A DNA stretch of 63,925 nucleotides, filler included, from Trichomonas gallinae (Eukaryota), in assembly GCA_008369845.1 (NCBI GenBank). It is 10 parts of 10 records of this genome, joined end to end, with 100 filler letters (N's around TTAATTAATTAA, not from the genome) between each part and the next. Parts side by side here need not be neighbours in the genome. Positions count along the whole stretch, not along the records: positions 20,331 to 40,746 come from MRSU01000196.1; positions 40,847 to 47,364 come from MRSU01000198.1; 8 more parts are not named here. One strand, given 5' to 3'. Both the position numbers and the translations under genes were made by a program. The notes beneath the pieces are model-generated. The model was not told the origin of the DNA. It worked only from the letters and a program-made list of their open reading frames with translations, and searched no databases. This document shows, in pieces, positions 33,069 through 43,052 of the stretch; position 1 is the first letter of the stretch; each line of letters starts with the position of its first letter.

Positions 33069-34062
33069 TAGATATAAATGACGAGAAATTCAATACATTC
33101 AATTTTCTTAATTTGAATAGTTTACAATTGACCGACTAAACCTGTAGAATTTTTTCTTAAAAAAAAAAAAACCATTTCGCTATTTTTATACTTGTCTAAA
33201 CGAGTTTAATAATATAATTGTATTATGGATAATTTTTCGGTTATCTTTCCCGCATTCTCAATTTTTGTATGATTTACAATTGTTCAGGCAATTGTAAACC
33301 AAACTTAATCGAAATCTTAAATTTTTGCGCCACAGGTTATTCTCTTTAGATTTAGATAGAACAACAATTAGCCCTTACTCGCTTATAGCTTATCAATCAA
33401 TACCTCAATTTATTGATGCTGGAAAGAATTAAATAGCATAATATTGCAGAAAAAATATAACCATTATTAGTTTATTTCAACTGCAATGATTACATCAATT
33501 CATCTTATATATTCAAAACACCAAAATCAAAGAAATTATTTTAAAAATATCAATTCGAGTCATTTGGAGATCATTCATGTTCCATTGATCATCAATTCAC
33601 TAGTATAGACTAGTTATCCAAGGAACTTAATACCTGATAGAAATTCAAAAGAAATAAAATTTAAAAATATCAAACCTGTACAATATGATGATCGCATTAT
33701 ATTGATTTCATAGAACGGTTTATGATAATGAATTAAGAAATATTAGTGAAAATTGAATGGAAATTTTCAATATAGATGTTTCGGCGAGAATACACCTTAT
33801 TGATAGGATTAATGAGTGCAATAGTTAATGTCATCCAATAAAAAGAATAATTGATGCGGCGAACGCATAGATACCAGAATATTAATGTAAAAATTTAATG
33901 TATGCATATATAAAATATAACACACAACACTTTAAGCAATTATCTTAATGATTTTCAGTGTAATATTTTATTTTTGCATAATTATATCACAAAATTGAGA
34001 CGGAGCGAAGCGGAGTCTAATCATATTGAGAAGCATTAAGATCGATTTAGTTTATTCTATAA

Positions 34063-34799
34063 TCAAAGATAAATTATAACCATTACTTGCATATTCAAAG
34101 AATGAATAAATGATGTGTAATGGTAGTAGCATGTAACTGGAGGTTTAATTGGATAAATATAAATAATATTTTCATACTTGAAATTTGAAGAAAATGATTG
34201 AGATCCATATATAGGTTTCTTTTGTTTATAGGATCTTGAAACTATAATGTTTTCCAGTGGACCTGTGGAAATAAATGATAATGGGCCAAAATTAATAAAA
34301 GATTCAGGGACGATTAGCATTTTTAGATATTTAAACTTTCCTAGTGCAGAGTGGTATGCATACTCAACACCATCTGGTATAACAAATGTTGATAAATTCA
34401 ATGAACATGGATATTGAACTATGATTTTCATATTTTTCGTGTACATAACGCCATCCAATGATGCGAAATACTTATTCTCAGGATCTACATCGATCCATTT
34501 TAATGTTAAAGTTAAATCGAATGGGTTTTGTCCATGAATTGTTGATACAAATTTGGGAATATATAAATATTCAATACTAATGCCTTCTAACGCATCATTG
34601 TCCAGCGTAACTAAACTTTCTGGTAAGGTTATATTTACAACATTTGTGAATCCAAAAAAACATCGATAGGGAATAACTGTAAACCCATTTGATATATTAA
34701 TGGATGTAAACTCAAGTCTGTCAACATCATCTGGGACTGAAACTGTTGTATCTGAGACAAAATCGACATAATATGTCGAAATCGGAAAATTTAATACAT
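34063..34799 (-). pseudogene. BspA-like (TpLRR) surface protein with an apparent 1-nt frameshift right after the start codon
   Basis: ITLPESLVTL, LYIPKFVSTI, IDVDPENKYFASLDGVMYTKNMKIIVQYP and FVIPDGVE are BspA motifs. GTCACTTTT precedes ATG 34799, which reads ATG TAT TAA out of frame with the BspA ORF. Confidence 0.7.
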
Positions 34800-34897
34800 A
34801 ATGAAAAGTGACAATTAATCCCCTAATAAACAAAGCTGTGAGATTGGTTATGTCTTTTCTACCTTAGCTTTCATGTATTATTATTTTATATCTCGGC

Positions 34898-35143
34898 TTA
34901 TCTGTCTATTCCAGGAACTGTGAGAAGAACTTTGAAAACTTCATTATGAACAAATTTTGACGCCCAAATCAAAGCTGTTTTGTTGTTATTGTCTTTTGCG
35001 TTGACATCTATTCCAGGAATTGTGAGATGGAGTTTGATGACTTCATGATGACCTTCTTCTGAAGCATCTATCAAAGCTGTATTGCTGTAATTGTCTCTTG
35101 CGTTGACTATTATGTCAAGTGAATATTCTTTTCTCTTAATCAT
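34898..35143 (-). pseudogene. Ankyrin repeat fragment (about 2 repeats)
   Basis: VNARDNYSNTALIDASEEGHHEVIKL...GIDVNAKDNNNKTALIWAS...EVFKVLL. Short and truncated. Confidence 0.7.
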
Positions 35144-35311
35144 GTCATTGAGTTCATTGTAGACATCATCTAGAACGTTTTGAGTCTGTATGTGTCACTT
35201 ATTATATTCAAAACCCCTTTTAATAGTATTGACTTATCTTATGATAACATTGCTATTTATTTTATGTATAAAGTGTAAATGCCATATCTTCTCTAATAAT
35301 TCCTTCTAGAA

Positions 35312-36655
35312 TTATTGCGTTCTGTAATTTGCTGTAATCAAAAATTTGATTTCTCTCGCAATATAGCGAAGCTGGATATCATCCGACTCAATAATATCAT
35401 CAATAGCATCAAAAATGTCAGTATCATTGAATATACCCAATAATTCATCAATCTTCCCAATGTTCAAAAAATGCTCTGTTACTTTTATCAATGCTTGAAG
35501 AAACAGATCCAAGTACTCAGTGTAATCGTTATCAATGACAGAGCAGATATGAGCAACAATTTGACTGTTTTTGTTCAAATAAATTTCAATAAAATCAATA
35601 TTATTCAGTAATATTATCTTGCAAAAGATAGCAACGACAAGTTTTTTGTTGTTGAATGGAAAATCATTTATATGATAAGATAATGACCAAATGATATTTT
35701 TGGACAAGAATATTTCAATATCTAATTTATCATCGATTTGATCAATGTAATCTAATATAAAACATAAGCAAACATGCTGCAATTCACAATTGTATTTGTC
35801 TTCTAACGATTTTAGCAAAGTTATGTTAATAAATGCAAAAATTCCATTATCTAAACAACGAAATCTTTCTGCATGCGAATACATAATGATGGTACTTTGC
35901 AACTCCAATATTGCAATGATCATGGATGTATTTTGTGTTGAAAATAGTTGATTTAAAATAATTTTATGAATTCTAAATTTTTGGAAGTATATAAAAGCAT
36001 CACATCGAAAACAATCGATTATTTTATGTAAAAGAGTCAATGAATTGAGAATGAATGCATCATCCTTTGTTTGAATAAAATGTTGGAATATTTGAATCAA
36101 TTCTAATAAACAATTTTTCTCCTTGATTCTTATAAGTGAGCTAATGCACAAGCTGATGATTTTCATCAATGAATCGCTTATTTCGAACAGATCGATTTGA
36201 TTCATGCTATTTTCAGGCGGGTCACAGAAATTATGAAGATAGTATGATAATACAAACTTGAAACCTGATAACTTATCAGATAAATGATCAAAATAAATTG
36301 GTTGGAAAATTAAATTTTGTCTACCAGGACATGTTGTCAAAAGGCATATTAATATATTGAGGATACCAACTATGCTTTCTTTGTCATTTGTATTATTAAG
36401 CTTCAAACACAATTTTTTCAGAGTATCGAAATTAAAGATTTGAGCCACGTCAGCCTCACACACTGATAGATGTTGATTAACTGCATTGACATCTTCTTGT
36501 GAAATCATGCTTTCTTTTGAAAGAATTTTTGAAAATAGTTCGATTAGATTAATTTTTGGTTGCTGAGCTTTTTCATCATATGTATTAAGTGCATTGTTAT
36601 TAGAAATTTCGGTTTGCATCTTTTCGATTTCCATTAATTTGTATTCTTCATTCAT
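35312..36655 (-). CDS. Hypothetical alpha-solenoid (ARM/HEAT-like) protein
   Basis: 447-aa Leu/Ile-rich helical ORF. AAAAGTGAC motif upstream of the start. Confidence 0.75.
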   Translation of the reverse strand: MNEEYKLMEIEKMQTEISNNNALNTYDEKAQQPKINLIELFSKILSKESMISQEDVNAVNQHLSVCEADVAQIFNFDTLKKLCLKLNNTNDKESIVGILNILICLLTTCPGRQNLIFQPIYFDHLSDKLSGFKFVLSYYLHNFCDPPENSMNQIDLFEISDSLMKIISLCISSLIRIKEKNCLLELIQIFQHFIQTKDDAFILNSLTLLHKIIDCFRCDAFIYFQKFRIHKIILNQLFSTQNTSMIIAILELQSTIIMYSHAERFRCLDNGIFAFINITLLKSLEDKYNCELQHVCLCFILDYIDQIDDKLDIEIFLSKNIIWSLSYHINDFPFNNKKLVVAIFCKIILLNNIDFIEIYLNKNSQIVAHICSVIDNDYTEYLDLFLQALIKVTEHFLNIGKIDELLGIFNDTDIFDAIDDIIESDDIQLRYIAREIKFLITANYRTQ

Positions 36656-37128
36656 TTCAAGATTAATAAATTATACTTCCCTTTGTCACTTTTTAACTTC
36701 CTCGAAAATCAACTTTGTATATTTCTGACGAATTTGTCAAATTTGATACGTTACGCGTCAAATTTGATGTATATTTCTATCACGTAAAATCATGGCACTG
36801 CCTATAAAAAAGGTTGGTAAAGTGAAGGAAACTCAAGAAATTGTAAAATATGCGATTAAAACGGATTTGATCATACAATGGGTTGAGGTTCTGTCACACC
36901 AATAATAGATCACATAGGTTCACGCAGGGAATCATTTGGTAGTTATCAAATACGAAAAAAAAATGTTTTGTAAAGAGAAATTACATGGCATATTTGACAT
37001 GTAAACTGAATCTACCTTTTATATTCGTATCAGCCCCTTGTTTTATAAAAACCTGTTATTTTCTGATCTCTATAAATTTGGTTTTACTATGATGCATAGT
37101 GATTGAATTTATCAAAATTTTGTCATTA

Positions 37129-38199
37129 ATGTTAACTGGTGTTGATTTAATTATTCATTGCTGCAAAACAGATAACGTTAAAATCCTAAATAGAGAATTA
37201 ATGAAAGGCCCGCAACCTAAGACTGGCATCCCCGATATTTCTGTCGTCGATTTTCATTCGCAAACATTTAATTTAGTTCACATCTGTTCTTCATACGGCA
37301 GTTTGAAATGTTTAAAGTACTTATTTGATAAGGGCACAGATGTAAACCTGGCAAATAATTGCAATTGGATGCCGATTCACTTCGCTTCAAAACATGGATA
37401 TTCAGACTTGGTGAATGATATAATAAAAAGAGGTGGATTGGTAAATGTACAGACCAAAGAAGGTTATTCACCTATCGAATTGGCAGCATGGTTCGGACAT
37501 TTCGATATCACAAAAATTTTGTTTGAAAATGGAGCAGACATTCATGTAAAGGATGCATACAACAACACTCCATTCCATAGAGCGTGCCAAGCAGCTTGCA
37601 GCCCAGTAATTAAGTTTTTACTAGAAAAAGGAGCAAATCCGCATGAACCGAACAACGAAAGCCTCCCAATACAAATAGCGTGCACAAACGGTGATGTTGA
37701 GACTTTATATGACTTGATACGATATAGGGTTGACATTAACGCTATTTTTAAAGGAAATGCAACGATTCATCTCGCAATTCACAATTTTCGAATAGATTTC
37801 CTTACAATATTGCTTAAGCATGGTGCAGACACAGAAGTAAGAGATAGCAAAGGCAACACTGCGCTTCATATCGCGGCTTATCTTTCGCAAGATAAATCTG
37901 TGAAAATTTTGCTTGCGTTTGGTGCGACTGTTGATCCACGGAACAACTTTCTTGAGACTCCACTGCAGAAAGCATGCGAAAATGGGTCCGCTGTTGTGTT
38001 TCAAATCCTTCTTCAGTTCGGAGCAGATCCAAATGCATTGGATAAAGTGAAAAGGACTCCTTTGGATTGGGCAAGATTGCAGGGTCATGATAAGATTATT
38101 GATCTATATGTGAAGTTGACACAAATAACAGCTCCACAGCATGTATTAACTTTCACACCAATTGTTCCTCAAGAAGAATCGACCGCAGATATAATTTAA
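37129..38199 (+). CDS. Ankyrin repeat protein
   Basis: About 9 ankyrin repeats (PIHFASKHG, SPIELAAWFG, TALHIAA, TPLQKACENG, TPLDWA). Inr TCATT at 37123. Confidence 0.93.
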   Translation: MLTGVDLIIHCCKTDNVKILNRELMKGPQPKTGIPDISVVDFHSQTFNLVHICSSYGSLKCLKYLFDKGTDVNLANNCNWMPIHFASKHGYSDLVNDIIKRGGLVNVQTKEGYSPIELAAWFGHFDITKILFENGADIHVKDAYNNTPFHRACQAACSPVIKFLLEKGANPHEPNNESLPIQIACTNGDVETLYDLIRYRVDINAIFKGNATIHLAIHNFRIDFLTILLKHGADTEVRDSKGNTALHIAAYLSQDKSVKILLAFGATVDPRNNFLETPLQKACENGSAVVFQILLQFGADPNALDKVKRTPLDWARLQGHDKIIDLYVKLTQITAPQHVLTFTPIVPQEESTADII

Positions 38200-38250
38200 T
38201 ACTATAATTGTTTGAAAATAATAAATTATCATGTATATTTATTCACAAAA

Positions 38251-38378
38251 ATCATGATTCAATATCAAATTTTATAAAAAATAGTAAATCCTAAGCCACC
38301 CAAGATAAATCAAACATATGCATCATAATAAATAAAATACAAAGTCGGATATTGATGTTGTCGCTAACATAAAATATT
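38251..38378 (+). repeat. Direct repeat copy A (~130 bp) flanking the FBXL gene
   Basis: Matches 40190-40320, including aaatcaaa.atatgcatcata.ta.ataaaata and an identical gatgttgtcgctaaca. Confidence 0.75.
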
Positions 38379-38457
38379 TATAAGAATATCAAAAAGAATA
38401 GTTGAGATATGTGTTATATTGAAGTTTATTTTATGATATTCATGGTTTATTTTTAAA

Positions 38458-39867
38458 ATGGAAGAAGGAATTCAGACTATTTTGCCGCCGGGTAAAATAA
38501 AGTTTGATGAAATGAGTGACAACCTTGTTATGTCGATTATAGAAAAGCTCCCTTTATCATCTGTTGCTCTTTTGAGCACGACAAGCAAGAGAATGCATAG
38601 ACTTTGTCACGATCCTCAAAATTGGAGCAATATCAAGTTGACAAATTCATCTAAAGAACTTTCTCCATACAATATAGCTGTTTTATGTGCGAAAGGTTCA
38701 GAAATTCGACATCTTTCGATTGATTTATCCGCAAAATCGATTTCTTCCGCCTCGTTACGATTACTATCAATATCATGTCCATCAATAATCTCATTATCAT
38801 TATATTTAACATCTGAATTCTCAATTGGATCAAATATGTTTCCAATAACAGAGTTAGTTTCCTTTTTAACCAATTCCAAATCAGTCAGATCTCTGAGATT
38901 TACAGATTCTACTATGATTGATGATAGTCATCTCGTTCAAGTTTTACCACATCTTCAAATGATGCGCGAAATCGATCTCTCTGGATGCATAACATTATCA
39001 GATTCCACATTAATTAAGCTCGCACAACAATGTCCTTCACTTCAATTGCTTGATATCAGCAAATTACCAATTAATGGACGTTGCATTGAACCATTGTTCA
39101 GATATTGCGGTGGTCTTAAAACATTGAGAGCCAACTATTGTACATCATTCCAAACAGATCAATTTTCTCAAGTTTCACCAGAATCTCTTAAAAACTTAGT
39201 AGAATTATCAGTTATTGGCACACCAGTATCTTTAGAACCTATGCTGCAGCATTGTGTCAGTCTCAGACACTTGCTAGCTTCACTCTCTTTGCATGATTCA
39301 ATTCTAATTCCATTCTTATATGCAAATAGAAGACTGGAAACACTATATATGGGAAGTGGCTGCAGGGTAACTATCTCTTCTTTGATCTGCGCAATACAAA
39401 CATGCGGTAATCATTTGATATCACTGACATTTCATCCATTCGACACTTTCGCAGTCCCACACGACGAAGTTATGAGGCTGATATGCTGCGGGTGCCCTCG
39501 CCTCAAGCATCTGAGCTTCGCGCACTCAGAGGAGATCTCTACTTACTGGGTAATCGAAGCGATGAAGAAGCTAGACTTGGAAAGCTTGGCTTTGTTCGGC
39601 TGGAAGAACGGAAACTCTTCAGCTTTGAGGCTGATTGTTCCGGAAATAAGGACACTAAGAATGTTGTGCATATCTGGTTGCCAGAAACTCACTGTACCTG
39701 GAGTTGTTAATTTCATTCTCGCTGCGAATACTTTGAAGGTTTTGAAACTCGAAGAAACAGGAGTCAATTTGCAGAATGGAATGATTATTCCAGATGTCAT
39801 AGAAGGAATACGAGAAAAGTACCCACAAGCCAAAGAAACTTCTCCTGGAATATTATTTATTCAATAA
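38458..39867 (+). CDS. F-box/LRR-repeat protein (FBXL-like)
   Basis: N-terminal F-box (SDNLVMSIIEKLPLSSVALLSTTSKRMHRL...W) followed by Cys-containing LRRs (IDLSGCITLSD, CPSLQLLDIS, CPRLKHLSF). Confidence 0.88.
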   Translation: MEEGIQTILPPGKIKFDEMSDNLVMSIIEKLPLSSVALLSTTSKRMHRLCHDPQNWSNIKLTNSSKELSPYNIAVLCAKGSEIRHLSIDLSAKSISSASLRLLSISCPSIISLSLYLTSEFSIGSNMFPITELVSFLTNSKSVRSLRFTDSTMIDDSHLVQVLPHLQMMREIDLSGCITLSDSTLIKLAQQCPSLQLLDISKLPINGRCIEPLFRYCGGLKTLRANYCTSFQTDQFSQVSPESLKNLVELSVIGTPVSLEPMLQHCVSLRHLLASLSLHDSILIPFLYANRRLETLYMGSGCRVTISSLICAIQTCGNHLISLTFHPFDTFAVPHDEVMRLICCGCPRLKHLSFAHSEEISTYWVIEAMKKLDLESLALFGWKNGNSSALRLIVPEIRTLRMLCISGCQKLTVPGVVNFILAANTLKVLKLEETGVNLQNGMIIPDVIEGIREKYPQAKETSPGILFIQ

Positions 39868-40189
39868 TATCAATATTAAAACTCTGTATGTATTAATATA
39901 TAGATCTGTTATGTTCTACTATTACAATTCGATCTTATATTTGACCTACTAGTAAATAAAATAAAATTCATTGATGAAAAGATAAGGGAACTTCAAAAGG
40001 TTCTAGGAAGTTGCTTTAAACTTTGTATGTATTATATATGCATGTTGAAAATGGATCTAAACATTTAGGAGGCGAGATTGATTTTCGTTTAAATTATTGT
40101 TGAAAAATATTATTTTGTGAAACAGTTTCTCTTTCTATTCATCTCAATAGGAGTCACCCTGCAGGCAGCTAGATTCTATACTAGTAATA

Positions 40190-40320
40190 ATCATGAATAG
40201 ATAAAAAAATTGATATAATAGAAACAAATTCTTAGTTGGCAAATATAAATCAAATATATGCATCATAGTAGATAAAATATCAAGGAGAATATCGATGTTG
40301 TCGCTAACAAAAAAATTTTT
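40190..40320 (+). repeat. Direct repeat copy B (~130 bp) flanking the FBXL gene
   Basis: Matches 38251-38378 at an offset of about 1940 bp. Confidence 0.75.
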
Positions 40321-41190
40321 CATCTCAATCATCGGATTCAGAATCATATGTAAATAAAAGATTTGGGCTTTTTATCTTATTACTCAGCTTTTCAACACAT
40401 ATTTAAAGATTATATTTTATTTCTGGAAATTTAATTTCAAAATATGGAAATAACGATTAGCGAGATATATTATATAATCCTATATTTTAGCTGTGATCAT
40501 ATCAATGGTCCGTAAAAATAAGAAGATAAAAAAATTAATCTGAAATTAAGCGTAAAACACTGAAATTAAAACGAAATCTCAATGATTTGATGTAAAATAG
40601 TTAAATAGCAACAAGGTTTGAGTAGTAAAAAACATGAAGTAGCAAAGTTGATAGTAAAATTTGTTCCGCTGTCAATGCATAGGTCTCAAAAAGTCAATTT
40701 CAGATTGAGAGATATTGAATTTATTATTTAGTTTAAATGTATTTAANNNNNNNNNNNNNNNNNNNNNNNNNNNNNNNNNNNNNNNNNNNNTTAATTAATT
40801 AANNNNNNNNNNNNNNNNNNNNNNNNNNNNNNNNNNNNNNNNNNNNCCTTAATTTTTCCGCCAAAGGTTATTCTATGGCGAGGGCCTTCACCATACTATT
40901 GGCTGGCATGGCACGAGCCTTAAAATCTATTTATTTATAAATTTATTTTGCTTTAATTTTGTTACGAAATTTATTAAATTGAAATTTATTTGAATTCAAC
41001 AATTTGTCAGTATTTTTCAGCATATCTCAGATATATTTGAATATTTTCTGGCTGACTCATTACGTTTCGCATAAAAAAAAACAATATCTATTATTTTTTC
41101 AGTTGCTGAATAGTCAGTTAAAATATATAATTCATGTATTTAATAAATATAAGTTATTTGATAGCTGAAGCGCAGAAATGCTGCAATTAG

Positions 41191-42915
41191 TTAGAAATAA
41201 TCGAAATATTTTGGAAGAGTAACGCCATGAGTAGACGCGACTTCCTGGAGTGATTTTTTCTTCATCTCACGCACTTTTCTCGCATCAGAAGCTCTCTGGC
41301 AAAGTTGTTCAGATAATTTTTCATCTTTTTCGCAGCCGATGCCGTCTCTCACCATTAAAGCAAAGTCGAACATTGCAAATATCATTCCTTTAGAAGCAGC
41401 CGACTTCATAAGCTTGAAAGCTTCTTTTTTATCTTTTTTGACTCCTCTTCCCTTCAAATAAAAGGTTGCGAGGTTATATTCAGCCTCAGCGCAACCAAGC
41501 TCGACGCCAATCTTCCAATACTTGACTGCAAGCACGTCATCGTCTTTCGAATGTGTTCCGAGATTATTTGCGCAAGGACCGTATTTCATTTTCAGGCCAA
41601 TGTCCCACCATTTGAGGTTAATCTCGATGTTCTTCTCTACGCCGAATCCGTATTCGTAGGAGAGGCCCACGTAATGAACTGCGACTGAATATCCATGTTC
41701 TGCGCAAAAAACAATCATTTTGTAGGATTCCGCTGGGTCGTATAATCTGACCCTGCTACTGAGTGTATATAGTGCAGGTATGTAGCCTTTGTAGCCGAAA
41801 AATCTGAGTTTTTCCATAATTTCTTCCAAATTTCGATCATGAAGCTTGTTACTGATCAACTGAAGATACACATTTCTTACTGCTACTGGATATTCCATGT
41901 CTGCGGCCTTTTCGAGGTATTCGAAAGCTTTTTGAGTGTTATCTTTGATGAAAAAGTTAAACAAGTTATTCATTGCTGCTGGATACTTGCACATCTCAGA
42001 ATAGCAAACACCAGCTTGTTTCTCTTCTGCTGTTGCTCCATTCATGATTAAATGTGAGCCAAAGATCAACAAAGCAATTTGATCACTTTTATTGGCTGCC
42101 AATCGAACAATGTCGAGATACTCATCATCTGATATAGCGTTTGGCAAGTTTTCTGTTTCATTAAAAGTAAAATTGAAGACTTTGCTATTAAATTTAATTC
42201 CTTCTTCACTAAAAATCTTAGAAGTGTGGCATAATTTTGGTCTTTCCAATATATCGAAGTCTAAGAACTGAATACCAAGCTCCAATAATGGATTGTTGTT
42301 TGATTCTAATTTTTCGAAGTTCCAGATCTTTGTTAAGATTTCTGTTTGTGTCATTCCTGTTATTAACTCGACAATAATGAGTCCTATTAAGTAACAATCG
42401 CATGCGAGCAAATCTTTTTCGTAAAATGGAAGTTTTTTGTCTTCTTCTTCAAAATCATAAAGTAAATTAGGTCTTGGCTGTGGAATAACGATCTCTCCGT
42501 CGCTATTTTGCATGAGTAATGATAATTTAAGATTCATATGAAATATACTTCGTTTGTGAAGCAAAAGAGTTTGATTAACCACTGTATTAATGATTTTTGC
42601 TTTCATTTCATCGGATAAATTCTTAATATCTAGAGCAGTTAAGTTTTTTGATTTGGAATAAACGTGAATATATTGATCATCATGGAAGAAATAGTCAATA
42701 CTCAAAATATTTCGCGATTTATATGTGTGTAGTTGATATAAATACTTTAAAAATCGTTTAATTTCAATTGACGTGAATAAATTAATCGGATATGAATTGA
42801 CGAGAAAGTCTTCATTCGTTTTATTATCATGTAAAATTTGCGTTTTAAGTGTTTCACTGTCTTTTAAAACACTTGTTACTGATAAGTTGGATGAATCTGG
42901 ATAAAGAACAAACAT
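41191..42915 (-). CDS. Degenerate kinase-like domain plus SEL1-like repeats
   Basis: IFHMNLKLSLLM (HRDLK-like), DCYLIGLIIVELITG and ILERP. C-terminal SEL1 repeats (AEYNLATFYLKGRGVKKDKKEAFKLMKSAASKG). Confidence 0.85.
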   Translation of the reverse strand: MFVLYPDSSNLSVTSVLKDSETLKTQILHDNKTNEDFLVNSYPINLFTSIEIKRFLKYLYQLHTYKSRNILSIDYFFHDDQYIHVYSKSKNLTALDIKNLSDEMKAKIINTVVNQTLLLHKRSIFHMNLKLSLLMQNSDGEIVIPQPRPNLLYDFEEEDKKLPFYEKDLLACDCYLIGLIIVELITGMTQTEILTKIWNFEKLESNNNPLLELGIQFLDFDILERPKLCHTSKIFSEEGIKFNSKVFNFTFNETENLPNAISDDEYLDIVRLAANKSDQIALLIFGSHLIMNGATAEEKQAGVCYSEMCKYPAAMNNLFNFFIKDNTQKAFEYLEKAADMEYPVAVRNVYLQLISNKLHDRNLEEIMEKLRFFGYKGYIPALYTLSSRVRLYDPAESYKMIVFCAEHGYSVAVHYVGLSYEYGFGVEKNIEINLKWWDIGLKMKYGPCANNLGTHSKDDDVLAVKYWKIGVELGCAEAEYNLATFYLKGRGVKKDKKEAFKLMKSAASKGMIFAMFDFALMVRDGIGCEKDEKLSEQLCQRASDARKVREMKKKSLQEVASTHGVTLPKYFDYF

Positions 42916-43052
42916 AATAATGAAAATCTAGCAAAATCATTATCTAATTTTTGATAAAGAAAAGAGTTTTAATGGTAAAAAGAACAAAAAACGAAAAGAT
43001 AAAATAAAGATTTTGAAATTAAAACAAAAAACACAAAATTTTTTACTATATA

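Noticed and set aside
34763..34779. Palindrome TCGACATA-A-TATGTCGA in the BspA 5' region
   Set aside because: A single 8-bp-arm palindrome is plausible by chance in 64 kb, and there is no other support.
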